42,302 nt of DNA from a virus: the IMG/VR virus record IMGVR_UViG_3300006201_000047; one strand, given 5' to 3'. Below the pieces are notes generated by a model that saw only the letters and a list, made by a program, of their open reading frames with translations, was not told the origin of the DNA and did not search any database. Every line of letters begins with the position of its first letter. Within the stretch, counting starts at the first letter, position 1. Positions 15,469 to 22,809 of this stretch are shown piece after piece. Both the position numbers and the translations under genes were made by a program.

Positions 15469-16467
15469 AGGATTATCCAGGATTTCCCTGCGTAATTTCT
15501 CCGCCGCTTTCCTTTTCGCCTGCTCGTCTTTATCCATCATAGAATGTCGATATACAGTTTTCATAACGTGGTCCGTTTTCCACCCGCCCATTTTTATTAT
15601 ATCGGCTTCTGGAATATTCATGGAGCTCATTTTAGAAGCAAAGTAGTGCCGCATCTTATGTAAAGAGAATTTAGGCAGGCCCATGGAGCGCTGGGCCTTA
15701 TATAAAAAACATGTGATACTGTTTGGGTGCCCATCATATACATACCCTTGCTCTATTATCTTCTTTGCCACATCTTCTGGAATAATAACTTCTCTAGTGC
15801 TTTCAGGCGTCTTGGTAATTTTAATAATCCAGTTCTTATTTTCATCCTGAACCATGTTTTTATTTATTTTGATAATATCTCCTTTTATGTCATTCAAAGA
15901 CAATGCACATATCTCAGACCTTCTTAGACCATAGCAGCCAAGAATGATTGGAATTTCAAACATGGTCCCGCTGGAGTAATCCAATATCTTTCTTACATCA
16001 TCGTCAGTCGGTATATATGGCTCTTTTTTAATTTTTTGTGGGAGAGTAGTAGTAAGTTTCAGGTTGGGGCAAAAAATACCTAGAACAGACGATATGAAGC
16101 CATGGCGGTTTTTTACGGTCTTAGGGCTAAGGCTTTTCGACATCTCATTTATTTCCGTTTGCACATCGAGAGCTGTAATGTCATGCACATTTTTTTCAAG
16201 GAAATAGGTTGATAAATTTTTTATGATGGTTTTATATCCCCGGACCGTACTGGGAGATAAGATATTGCGCCTTGATTCTATGTATTCTTCAGCGGCAGCC
16301 TGGAAGGTCATGCTCTTATATTTCTTCTGCATTTTGTCCAGCTCTTCCGCCATGGCCTGTATGGCTTCTTTTTGCGTAGGTTTTTTATCAAAAATAACAG
16401 AGTAGGCCTTTCCTTTGTACATTTTTCGGACCCGGTAGGAGCCGGATGGCAATTTTTCGATTTTCAT
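15454..16467 (-). CDS. int: Tyrosine recombinase / phage integrase (337 aa)
   Basis: N-terminal SAM-like domain (KLPSGSYRVRKMYKGKAY). The catalytic region contains GLRRSEICAL, LHKMRHYFAS and GGWKTDHVMKTVYRH (R..HxxR..Y). RBS AAGGAGGA precedes the ATG at 16467. Confidence 0.9.
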   Translation of the reverse strand: MKIEKLPSGSYRVRKMYKGKAYSVIFDKKPTQKEAIQAMAEELDKMQKKYKSMTFQAAAEEYIESRRNILSPSTVRGYKTIIKNLSTYFLEKNVHDITALDVQTEINEMSKSLSPKTVKNRHGFISSVLGIFCPNLKLTTTLPQKIKKEPYIPTDDDVRKILDYSSGTMFEIPIILGCYGLRRSEICALSLNDIKGDIIKINKNMVQDENKNWIIKITKTPESTREVIIPEDVAKKIIEQGYVYDGHPNSITCFLYKAQRSMGLPKFSLHKMRHYFASKMSSMNIPEADIIKMGGWKTDHVMKTVYRHSMMDKDEQAKRKAAEKLRREILDNPVTNL

Positions 16468-16548
16468 GATTATCCTCCTTAAAAATGAGTATAAAAAATA
16501 CAGCCTGTGAACCATACGCTATTTTCGTACATTTCACTTGCAAGCTGC

Positions 16549-16599
16549 CCCTGAAAATGATATAATGATTTCGTCAAAAGAAGTATATCATTTTCAGGG
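16549..16599. repeat. 16-bp perfect inverted repeat with a 19-nt loop, between the Zn-ribbon gene and int
   Basis: CCCTGAAAATGATATA (16549-16564) and TATATCATTTTCAGGG (16584-16599). Confidence 0.85.
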
Positions 16600-16644
16600 T
16601 ATATTTTAAAATCGTTCGGTGTTTGCGGCACCGGGCGATTTTGT

Positions 16645-16932
16645 TTAATATTCGTATTTAGGCCTGACAATCATCCATATTATCCACAATCCACCTGTGC
16701 AAAATATAAGCAAAAGGTCCAATAATAAATTATATTTTTTCTTTCTTTTCGTAGGTGAAGTTACTGTAGCAGCTGCAGAAGCTGAAGCAGATGCGCTTGA
16801 AGAATTATTTACGATAATATTCGGATTAATATTTCCTATATTTTCCACTTGTTTTCCGCATTTCGGACACACAACGCATTCTCTGTCTATAACTTCCCCA
16901 CAATGTTTGCAGTACTTTTGTTTTTCTTCCAT
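16645..16932 (-). CDS. Zinc-ribbon membrane protein (95 aa)
   Basis: CKHCG...CVVCPKCG zinc ribbon, a Ser/Ala linker and a C-terminal TM helix (LLLDLLLIFCTGGLWIIWMIV). It occupies the position of prophage exclusion-type genes. Confidence 0.7.
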   Translation of the reverse strand: MEEKQKYCKHCGEVIDRECVVCPKCGKQVENIGNINPNIIVNNSSSASASASAAATVTSPTKRKKKYNLLLDLLLIFCTGGLWIIWMIVRPKYEY

Positions 16933-17038
16933 AACTTTCCCTCCTTTTCTCCCTTCTTTGGTTTATTTTTTATTAAAACGCCTATGGCGATTTAATCTTT
17001 GTATATTGATATTTTTTCCATACCGTTTATTTATTTCC

Positions 17039-17067
17039 TTGACAAATCAGAATGTAAGTACTATCAT
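17039..17067 (+). promoter_or_regulatory. Promoter TTGACA-17-TATCAT upstream of the 32-aa ORF
   Basis: TTGACA at 17039-17044 and TATCAT at 17062-17067. The 7-bp inverted repeat GAATGTA/TACATTC (17051-17057 / 17081-17087) brackets the -10. Confidence 0.55.
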
Positions 17068-17095
17068 ACTATCAGAACATACATTCTAAAAATTA

Positions 17096-17106
17096 GGGGG
17101 GGGGGG
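17096..17106. repeat. G11 homopolymer tract
   Basis: Eleven consecutive G, ending 7 nt before the ATG at 17114. It is the only SD-like sequence for that ORF. Confidence 0.9.
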
Positions 17107-17113
17107 TACGGTC

Positions 17114-17212
17114 ATGAATTATAAAAAACTCATCATCGAACTTATCAACAACTCCGATGATGAAGAAATTTTGGAATTAATATACCGGTTTATTAAAAAA
17201 CTTTTGGGCTAG
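17114..17212 (+). CDS. Small acidic helical peptide (32 aa; below the ORF-track cutoff)
   Basis: Hand translation: MNYKKLIIELINNSDDEEILELIYRFIKKLLG. It has its own promoter and a GNRA-loop terminator. Confidence 0.45.
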   Translation: MNYKKLIIELINNSDDEEILELIYRFIKKLLG

Positions 17213-17231
17213 GGAAACCTAGTCCTTTTTT
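17206..17231. terminator. Hairpin with GAAA tetraloop plus T6, shared by the convergent 32-aa ORF and the repressor gene
   Basis: GGGCTAGG-GAAA-CCTAGTCC followed by TTTTTT. Confidence 0.65.
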
Positions 17232-17590
17232 ATAAGTTCATTTGCCAGTTTTTCCAGTGCAATCCATCCCGGTTCATCCATCTTTGCCAGAGCTTCAATC
17301 AAGCGTTTTCTAAATGTCCCATCCTCTTTTATTAAATCCCCGGCAAAATCAGTGATTATTTGATTTCTGGTTAAAGGATTAAATATTTCCCCCTCCCCTG
17401 TACGGAGCCAGGTTTCATTTACATTAAATTCCCGGCAGATAGACATTAAAACAGAATTAGAAGGATTTCTATTTCCATTTTCATAATTGGCAATTGTATT
17501 TCTTGCTGAGCCAATTCTTTTTCCAAATTCCTCTTGGGTAAGATTTAAGGAATCTCTTATTTCTTTTATCCGTGTCAAATTTTTAATCAC
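17219..17590 (-). CDS. cI-like repressor, XRE-family HTH (123 aa, GTG start)
   Basis: LTQEEFGKRIGSARNTIANYENGNRNPS is the classic HTH_3 motif. It is divergent from the early operon. Confidence 0.85.
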   Translation of the reverse strand: MIKNLTRIKEIRDSLNLTQEEFGKRIGSARNTIANYENGNRNPSNSVLMSICREFNVNETWLRTGEGEIFNPLTRNQIITDFAGDLIKEDGTFRKRLIEALAKMDEPGWIALEKLANELIKKD

Positions 17591-17604
17591 CTGCCTTTAT
17601 CGCT

Positions 17605-17633
17605 ATAATATCATCTTTTGTTCTCAAAGTCAA
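17605..17633 (-). promoter_or_regulatory. Leftward (repressor maintenance-type) promoter TTGACT-17-TATTAT
   Basis: Read on the minus strand. The -10 ends ~15 nt before the GTG start of the repressor gene, so the leader would be very short. Confidence 0.5.
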
Positions 17634-17679
17634 CAAAAAAGTTGTTGACAAAATTCTCAAAGAGAACTATAATGTTCTC
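17620..17679. promoter_or_regulatory. Operator set built from GTTCTC/GAGAAC half-sites
   Basis: GTTCTCAAAGTCAAC at 17620-17634. ATTCTCAAAGAGAAC at 17653-17667 is palindromic. GAGAAC-TATAAT-GTTCTC at 17662-17679 brackets the rightward -10. Confidence 0.6.
17645..17673 (+). promoter_or_regulatory. Rightward early promoter, perfect TTGACA-17-TATAAT
   Basis: TTGACA at 17645-17650 and TATAAT at 17668-17673, with an exact 17-nt spacer. Confidence 0.75.
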
Positions 17680-17705
17680 ATAAGGACAAAGGAGGTGAAG
17701 TACAT

Positions 17706-17870
17706 ATGACAGATAAAGAAATGGAAATTTTATTGACAATCTCAAAAGCCCTGCCCCTTATGTCCCCATTTGAAAAGGGCTATTTTCTTGGAGTTGCAGA
17801 GAGTAAGGCAAGCGAAGCTGGGAAGTTACATATTGAAGAAGATAAGGAACCAGACAAGGTTCTGGTGTGA
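17706..17870 (+). CDS. First early gene (cro position), 54 aa, no obvious HTH
   Basis: Hand translation: MTDKEMEILLTISKALPLMSPFEKGYFLGVAESKASEAGKLHIEEDKEPDKVLV. RBS AAAGGAGG is present. Confidence 0.55.
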   Translation: MTDKEMEILLTISKALPLMSPFEKGYFLGVAESKASEAGKLHIEEDKEPDKVLV

Positions 17871-17883
17871 GGAGGTGTAAAAA

Positions 17884-18303
17884 ATGAAATATGAAATATG
17901 TAAAAAAACTGGTGAAGTATGGACCAGAATCGCTATGGCCGACACTTGGAACTGGGCTTATGAAATATGTGAAAGTCTTAAAATTCATACAGATAGAGAG
18001 TTTTCTGTATTTATAAGCGGAGTTAAAGTTGAGGGCATAGAAGAGTTGATGGAGAAGAAGGAGAAAAAGAAAGATAAACCGATGAAACGGTATTTCTGTT
18101 GGAGGTCTTGTTTGGTATGGAAATGCATGGGGCCGGAGGCAGAGACATTAAGAGACGTGATAAAAGCAAGAACTAAGAAAGAAGCGAAAGAAAAATTTAG
18201 AAAACAAAATCATAATTCGCCCGCTCAAGTCTGCGTGGAAATCACGGAATCAGAAGAAGAGCTCCCATATGCTGACGCTTTGAAAAAATACGACAGATAT
18301 TAA
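17884..18303 (+). CDS. Hypothetical early protein (139 aa)
   Basis: RBS GAGGAGG is present. It has a Lys-rich central linker and no motif I recognise. Confidence 0.65.
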   Translation: MKYEICKKTGEVWTRIAMADTWNWAYEICESLKIHTDREFSVFISGVKVEGIEELMEKKEKKKDKPMKRYFCWRSCLVWKCMGPEAETLRDVIKARTKKEAKEKFRKQNHNSPAQVCVEITESEEELPYADALKKYDRY

Positions 18304-18314
18304 AGGAGGGAACC

Positions 18315-18551
18315 ATGTACATACCGGAGTTTTTATGCGGAGTTATCGCAACCATCATAGCGGAGGTTCTTTTGGCCGCTGCATGCACAGCGTACGACGA
18401 ATGGAAAAAGAAAGATGAGAAAAAGGAGCAAGTTCTACATCCGGACGTTTCAATGTCCAGATTGCGGCGGGAGCCTGTTCGCTCCCAAGGTGAAGAGGCC
18501 CACCGGAAACGGACATATAAAAACCCTGTATTGCACGTGGTGCAAGGCTGA
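18315..18551 (+). CDS. Hypothetical protein with an N-terminal TM helix (78 aa); its 3' part overlaps a zinc-ribbon ORF
   Basis: Strong RBS AAGGAGGG. FLCGVIATIIAEVLLAAACTAY is TM-like. The sequence after the KKKDEKKE stretch looks non-protein-like. Confidence 0.45.
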   Translation: MYIPEFLCGVIATIIAEVLLAAACTAYDEWKKKDEKKEQVLHPDVSMSRLRREPVRSQGEEAHRKRTYKNPVLHVVQG

Positions 18552-18591
18552 CAAGGACATGGAGCAGGTGGGGATGGAGAAGTGCAAGTAA
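18415..18591 (+). CDS. Zinc-ribbon protein (58 aa) in the +1 frame relative to 18315-18551
   Basis: Hand translation: MRKRSKFYIRTFQCPDCGGSLFAPKVKRPTGNGHIKTLYCTWCKADKDMEQVGMEKCK. It contains a CxxC...CxxC motif. Confidence 0.5.
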   Translation: MRKRSKFYIRTFQCPDCGGSLFAPKVKRPTGNGHIKTLYCTWCKADKDMEQVGMEKCK

Positions 18592-18593
18592 AA

Positions 18594-18622
18594 GCCCCGG
18601 CGGTGTAAGGGCACCCCGGGGC
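18594..18622 (+). other. GC-rich 11-bp stem-loop (one bulge) without a T-tract
   Basis: GCCCCGG-c-GGTG / CACC-CCGGGGC with loop TAAGGG. Confidence 0.6.
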
Positions 18623-18721
18623 ACGGCAACAAAACTTACGTTCTTGCATGTTACGGGATTATATTACCATAATTTTCCTGTAATTGCAAGAACAAATGTT
18701 CAAAAAAATGGAGGAAAATTC

Positions 18722-18874
18722 ATGGATGAGATTATTTTGAGAAGTGGCAAGAAAAACCGGGAGCCGATGGATTTTGAAAAATTTAAGTTTATTTGCTATT
18801 TCATCGCCGGAATGGCGGCGATGGTGATGGGATTCATCGCTCTTTACATGATTATTTATTTTATGGGGAGGTAG
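18722..18874 (+). CDS. Small membrane protein (50 aa)
   Basis: MDEIILRSG... with TM helix FICYFIAGMAAMVMGFIALYMIIYF. RBS GGAGGA lies upstream. Confidence 0.55.
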   Translation: MDEIILRSGKKNREPMDFEKFKFICYFIAGMAAMVMGFIALYMIIYFMGR

Positions 18875-18926
18875 TTAAGACTAGGGATAAAAAATTTAAA
18901 AGAGTTTCTCAAAGGAGGGAAGAGGA

Positions 18927-19193
18927 ATGCCGAGGGTGACGATTAACAAGAAGGATTATAAAATCAAGGACCTGCCAGGATGGATTGTAGGACGCATGCA
19001 CGTTCTTGGGCTGAAACAGGAAGATATTGCGAGAGAACTTGGACTTTCTCAGTCTGCAGTTTCTACGAGACTTAATAAGAAAAAATATGAAAGTGGAGAA
19101 GTGAAAGACCCTTTCAGTTACGGGGAGCTTCTGACATTGTTTCAGGTTCTTGAGGCCACGGACGAAGAGAAAAATCATCTTTTAACTTTGTAG
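18927..19193 (+). CDS. HTH DNA-binding protein (88 aa)
   Basis: LKQEDIARELGLSQSAVSTRLNKK is an HTH motif of the sigma region-4 / terminase-small-like type. Confidence 0.65.
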   Translation: MPRVTINKKDYKIKDLPGWIVGRMHVLGLKQEDIARELGLSQSAVSTRLNKKKYESGEVKDPFSYGELLTLFQVLEATDEEKNHLLTL

Positions 19194-19215
19194 TTGTAAG
19201 AAAGGAGAGAAAAAA

Positions 19216-19326
19216 ATGAATTTAAAACGAATTACAATCCAGGATTGCCTGGACATGTACGAAAAAAGAGGATGGTCCACTGTTTTGGAGGACGGCGGAG
19301 TCTCCCGGTTTGTGAAAGAAGGGTAG
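19216..19326 (+). CDS. Small ORF (36 aa)
   Basis: Hand translation: MNLKRITIQDCLDMYEKRGWSTVLEDGGVSRFVKEG. RBS AAAGGAGAG is present. Confidence 0.4.
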   Translation: MNLKRITIQDCLDMYEKRGWSTVLEDGGVSRFVKEG

Positions 19327-19330
19327 AGAA

Positions 19331-19537
19331 ATGTTGACGTGTGAATGCTGCGGCGGGAACTGCGACCACGGCGAGCTTGTTCAGGGAATTTGCGCAGAAT
19401 GCAGGGATTTAAAGAAAAGGAAAAAGGAAGGGGCTGCGTCCATAGAAGATTTAATGAGTGACCTGTTTTATCAAATGGAATTGAATTTGGAGGGAATGGA
19501 AAATGCCAGAAGTCACAATACAAGTGGAGGAATATAA
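19331..19537 (+). CDS. Cys-rich small protein (68 aa)
   Basis: CECCGGNCDHG...CAEC is a zinc-finger-like motif. Confidence 0.55.
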   Translation: MLTCECCGGNCDHGELVQGICAECRDLKKRKKEGAASIEDLMSDLFYQMELNLEGMENARSHNTSGGI

Positions 19538-19673
19538 GGATTTAATAGAAAGAACGTCAGATATGGCGGCCAGGATAGAAGCATTTAAAGAATTTGTAAA
19601 CAATTCAGAATACGCTATTGACAGGAGGATGTGCGGAATTTTTCTGGGGTTTAAAGTGGAGGAAAAAGGATGA
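19503..19673 (+). CDS. Small ORF (56 aa)
   Basis: Hand translation: MPEVTIQVEEYKDLIERTSDMAARIEAFKEFVNNSEYAIDRRMCGIFLGFKVEEKG. Its stop overlaps the next ATG (ATGA). Confidence 0.45.
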   Translation: MPEVTIQVEEYKDLIERTSDMAARIEAFKEFVNNSEYAIDRRMCGIFLGFKVEEKG

Positions 19674-19888
19674 TTGAAATAGTGGATAAGGAGAGAAAAC
19701 TGGACGGCTCTGGATGGAGCGAAATATCAACAGGGACTTTCGTGGCCGATGAGGACGCGTTTAATTATGCGTTAGAAAATTGCTTTGAAGTTATTCCGGA
19801 AGGATTGAAAAATTTTAAATGGACGCAGGAGTTTAAAGACATGCTTACTGAGTGGTTTTTCAGCAGAAATTGGGTTAAGGAGGATTAG
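19670..19888 (+). CDS. Hypothetical protein (72 aa)
   Basis: Translationally coupled to the upstream ORF. No motif recognised. Confidence 0.6.
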   Translation: MIEIVDKERKLDGSGWSEISTGTFVADEDAFNYALENCFEVIPEGLKNFKWTQEFKDMLTEWFFSRNWVKED

Positions 19889-19891
19889 GAA

Positions 19892-20773
19892 ATGGAAGGA
19901 TTTGAAATGACAGCAGGAAGAAGCGTGACAGCAGAGATGGTTACAAGCAGGCAAACCCAGGAAGTGCAGGGGCAGATTATTATGGCAAAGAAGTTTCCAC
20001 GGGACTACGTGGCGAGTTGCAACCGCATTATGCAGGCGTGTCAGCGCAAAGGATTAGCGGAAAAAGCTATGTATGAGTACCCCCGCGGAGGGACAAAGGT
20101 TATCAGTCCGTCTATCCGGCTTGCAGAGGCTTTGGCGCAGAATTGGGGAAACATGAGTTTTGGAATCGTGGAGCTGGAACAGAAAGTAGGAGAAAGCCAG
20201 GTAATGGCGTATGCATGGGATTTGGAAACTAACACACGGCAGGAAAAGATTTTCAGCGTGCCGCATATCCGTAGCACAAAGAAGGGGAATATACCCTTGA
20301 CAGACCCCAGAGACATTTATGAGATGGTAGCCAATCAAGGTGCGAGGCGGCTCCGGGCATGCATTCTTGGTATTATTCCAGGCGATGTGGTAAAGGATGC
20401 CATGGAGCAATGCAACCAGACCCTGATTGGTGATACAGGAAAGCCAGCTATTGACCTTACAAAAGAGATGGCGGCAATCTTTGAGAAAGAATTTTCTGTT
20501 CCACTAAAAGCGATTGAGAAGTACATCGGTTGCAAATCCACGGCATTCTCCATGAATGACCTTGTACGACTTAGGAGGGTGTATACTTCTCTTAAGGACG
20601 GAATGGCAAAACGTGAGGAGGTCTTTGAGCTTCCGGGAGTGGAGAAGAAAGAGGCAGAGGATGCTTTTGCTAGTAAAGAAAAGAAGGATAAGAAAGATAA
20701 GAAAGAAGAAAAGACGACTGATGGACAGCAGAAACTTGATTTAGGTGGTAAGGTCGATGAAGATAAGCGATGA
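19892..20773 (+). CDS. Probable single-strand annealing / recombination protein (293 aa)
   Basis: Paired with a downstream PD-(D/E)XK exonuclease, as in RecT/Erf-exo modules. It has a conserved-looking core (SPSIRLAEALAQNWGN) and a K/E/D-rich tail. The family was not determined. Confidence 0.5.
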   Translation: MEGFEMTAGRSVTAEMVTSRQTQEVQGQIIMAKKFPRDYVASCNRIMQACQRKGLAEKAMYEYPRGGTKVISPSIRLAEALAQNWGNMSFGIVELEQKVGESQVMAYAWDLETNTRQEKIFSVPHIRSTKKGNIPLTDPRDIYEMVANQGARRLRACILGIIPGDVVKDAMEQCNQTLIGDTGKPAIDLTKEMAAIFEKEFSVPLKAIEKYIGCKSTAFSMNDLVRLRRVYTSLKDGMAKREEVFELPGVEKKEAEDAFASKEKKDKKDKKEEKTTDGQQKLDLGGKVDEDKR

Positions 20774-21491
20774 TGTGTATTACAGCAAAGAAGCAAATCA
20801 AGCGTTTTTCAGCGTAAGCCAGTACAAGGATTTCTGTAAATGTGAAGCCATGGCTATGGCGAAAATCCGCGGAGAATACGAACCACCGATTACGGAAGCC
20901 TTGATTTTGGGCAGCTATCTCGATTCTTGGATGGACGGAACACGTGATGATTTCCGTAAGTTGCATCCAGAAATATTTAAAAGAGATGGAACGCTCAAGG
21001 CGGAATATAAAAAGGCTGATGTTGCAATCGAAAAAATAAGAAAAGACGAATTGTTCATGAAATACATCGGCGGCGAACATCAGAAAATTTTAACATTTGA
21101 ATTGTGCGGCGTCCCATGGAAAGCAAAACTTGACAGCTTCCATGATGGGATTTGCATTGCTGATTTAAAGTATGTAAGAAACTACGACAGCCTTTGGAAA
21201 TACCACTACGATACGCAGGGGGCGGTATATGTGTACGGTGCTGAAGCATGTGGATTTGGCAAACTCCCGTTTTACCTTGCTGCAGTAACGAAAGAGGAAG
21301 TTCCAGATTGTGATATTTTTCAGGTTACGCAACCGCAGCTTGACCTCTCCTTGTCAGAGATAAATAAAAATATGGAAAGATTTGTTTTAGTAAAAGCAGG
21401 GGTTGAGCCGCCAAAGCATTGCGGAACTTGCAATTATTGTAAATCCGTTAAAAAGGCAAGAATAAGGGATTTTTCGGAGCTTTTGCTGTAG
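20757..21491 (+). CDS. PD-(D/E)XK exonuclease, Cas4/RecB-like, with Cys cluster (244 aa)
   Basis: DSFHDGICIADLKY fits the D...(D/E)xK motif. Cys residues sit near the N-terminus (CKCE), and the C-terminal HCGTCNYCK is consistent with a Cas4-type Fe-S cluster. Confidence 0.65.
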   Translation: MKISDDVYYSKEANQAFFSVSQYKDFCKCEAMAMAKIRGEYEPPITEALILGSYLDSWMDGTRDDFRKLHPEIFKRDGTLKAEYKKADVAIEKIRKDELFMKYIGGEHQKILTFELCGVPWKAKLDSFHDGICIADLKYVRNYDSLWKYHYDTQGAVYVYGAEACGFGKLPFYLAAVTKEEVPDCDIFQVTQPQLDLSLSEINKNMERFVLVKAGVEPPKHCGTCNYCKSVKKARIRDFSELLL

Positions 21492-21644
21492 TTGGTGATG
21501 CGTGTCCGATACCACTTAAAATCCATGTGGAGCTGGCACAGGAGCGTCCGCAGAGTAAGACCATAGATTTCTGGACGGAGTGGGGCAAAGAGCGTGAGGG
21601 CGTTGATTATGCGGCTTGCCTGGAGGAATATTTGGAGGATTAAA

Positions 21645-22022
21645 ATGAAAGATAATGAACAATATTTAAGCCATATATTGGTTGTGAGAAAAAGTTGGCT
21701 TATGAAAGATACAGGTTATATAGAAGCGCATTTCGATTGTATTTGTTGCGGTAAATCTCACAAATGTTTGAGAAAACTTTTTAATAAACCGATTGATTAC
21801 AAACTTTGTGGAAACGATGGAATTAGAAGATTTGATGTTGATATACATGGAAATCATTTGAATTATGCAACTGTCCAAGAAGTTATTGATTTTTTAGAAG
21901 AAGAAATGAAGACGAAGGAATGTGCAAGGCAAAAACCTTTTTTGGCATTATTGAAAGAGTTTAATGAATTGAACTTGGGTAAAGACGAAATATTCCTTGT
22001 TCTGGCCGGAGGTTGTCTTTAA
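21645..22022 (+). CDS. Hypothetical protein (125 aa)
   Basis: RBS GGAGGA precedes the ATG at 21645. Contains a CICCGKSHKC motif. Confidence 0.55.
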   Translation: MKDNEQYLSHILVVRKSWLMKDTGYIEAHFDCICCGKSHKCLRKLFNKPIDYKLCGNDGIRRFDVDIHGNHLNYATVQEVIDFLEEEMKTKECARQKPFLALLKEFNELNLGKDEIFLVLAGGCL

Positions 22023-22048
22023 AAATATTTAGAGAATTAGGAGGGAAT

Positions 22049-22195
22049 ATGACAGTAAGAGAATTAGGGAATGAGTGCAAAAAAACTGATTGTGATGACT
22101 GCCAATATCAAAATAAATGTCAAAAAATGACAGTTTTGTTGGGTGGAATATCTCCAGAAGCACTTTTGAAGTTTATGGAAGTGGAATTGGATTAG
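22049..22195 (+). CDS. Small Cys-rich ORF (48 aa)
   Basis: MTVRELGNECKKTDCDDCQYQNKCQ.... RBS AGGAGGG is present. Confidence 0.5.
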   Translation: MTVRELGNECKKTDCDDCQYQNKCQKMTVLLGGISPEALLKFMEVELD

Positions 22196-22278
22196 GTAAC
22201 TATCAACCGTAGTATTTGTTTATGCGATATATCACGGACCTGGGCGGCAGGTTGAAATGCCGCCAGAAAGGAGGAATT

Positions 22279-22401
22279 ATGACTATTCAAGAAGCAATTG
22301 ATATTCTTTCTGCTTACGGTATTGAAGAAGCAGCAAATGGGGATGTGGAAATTTGTGAGGCTTTGGATATTGCGATAAAGTCATTAAAGAATGAGAAGTG
22401 A
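22279..22401 (+). CDS. Small ORF (40 aa)
   Basis: MTIQEAIDILSAYGIEEAANGDVE.... RBS AAAGGAGGA is present. Confidence 0.45.
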   Translation: MTIQEAIDILSAYGIEEAANGDVEICEALDIAIKSLKNEK

Positions 22402-22407
22402 TAGAAT

Positions 22408-22785
22408 ATGGAATATTTTTTAATAATTCCTGGCGTTCTCCCGAATCTTAACGATTACATAGCTGCAGAGCGCACAAATCGCCATAAAGGGGCGAAGATG
22501 AAAGCTGATAGCGGAAATATCGTTTCAGTGTCAATCAGACGGTGTTTGATGGGCGTTAGGATTGAGGCGCCGGTATTTATGGAATACACATGGATTGAGC
22601 CAAGTAGGCGGCGGGATAAGGATAATATCTCGTCATTTGGCCGAAAAGTAATCCAGGATGCACTTGTCCAGTGTGGAGTATTAAAAGATGATGGATGGAA
22701 ACATGTTGTCGGATTTTCCGACAGGTTCGAAGTGGATAAAGAAAATCCAAGGATAGAAATTTTGATAAAGGAGGTGGAATCTTGA
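22408..22785 (+). CDS. rusA: RusA-family Holliday junction resolvase (125 aa)
   Basis: PNLNDYIAAERTNRHKGAKMK...RRRDKDNISSFGRKVIQDALVQCGVLKDDGW matches the RusA pattern D.DN....K...D.L.....L.DD. Confidence 0.75.
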   Translation: MEYFLIIPGVLPNLNDYIAAERTNRHKGAKMKADSGNIVSVSIRRCLMGVRIEAPVFMEYTWIEPSRRRDKDNISSFGRKVIQDALVQCGVLKDDGWKHVVGFSDRFEVDKENPRIEILIKEVES

Positions 22786-22809
22786 AATTACGGATAGGAG
22801 GTGCAAAAA

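Noticed and set aside
16479-16670. 63-aa minus-strand ORF between the Zn-ribbon gene and int
   Set aside because: It runs straight through the 16-bp perfect palindrome and the int RBS region and has no RBS. It is probably non-coding.
18242-18649. Several 60-135-aa minus-strand ORFs in the GC-rich patch
   Set aside because: They are mutually overlapping, Pro/Arg/Cys-rich, lack RBSs and are antisense to + strand genes. This is typical of local high GC content.
21492-21644. Protein-like reading frame (…IPLKIHVELAQERPQSKTIDFWTEWGKEREGVDYAACLEEYLED) between the nuclease gene and the next gene
   Set aside because: There is no ATG and no RBS, and only a weak internal GTG. It is possibly a gene remnant or a tiny ORF, but I cannot support it as a feature.
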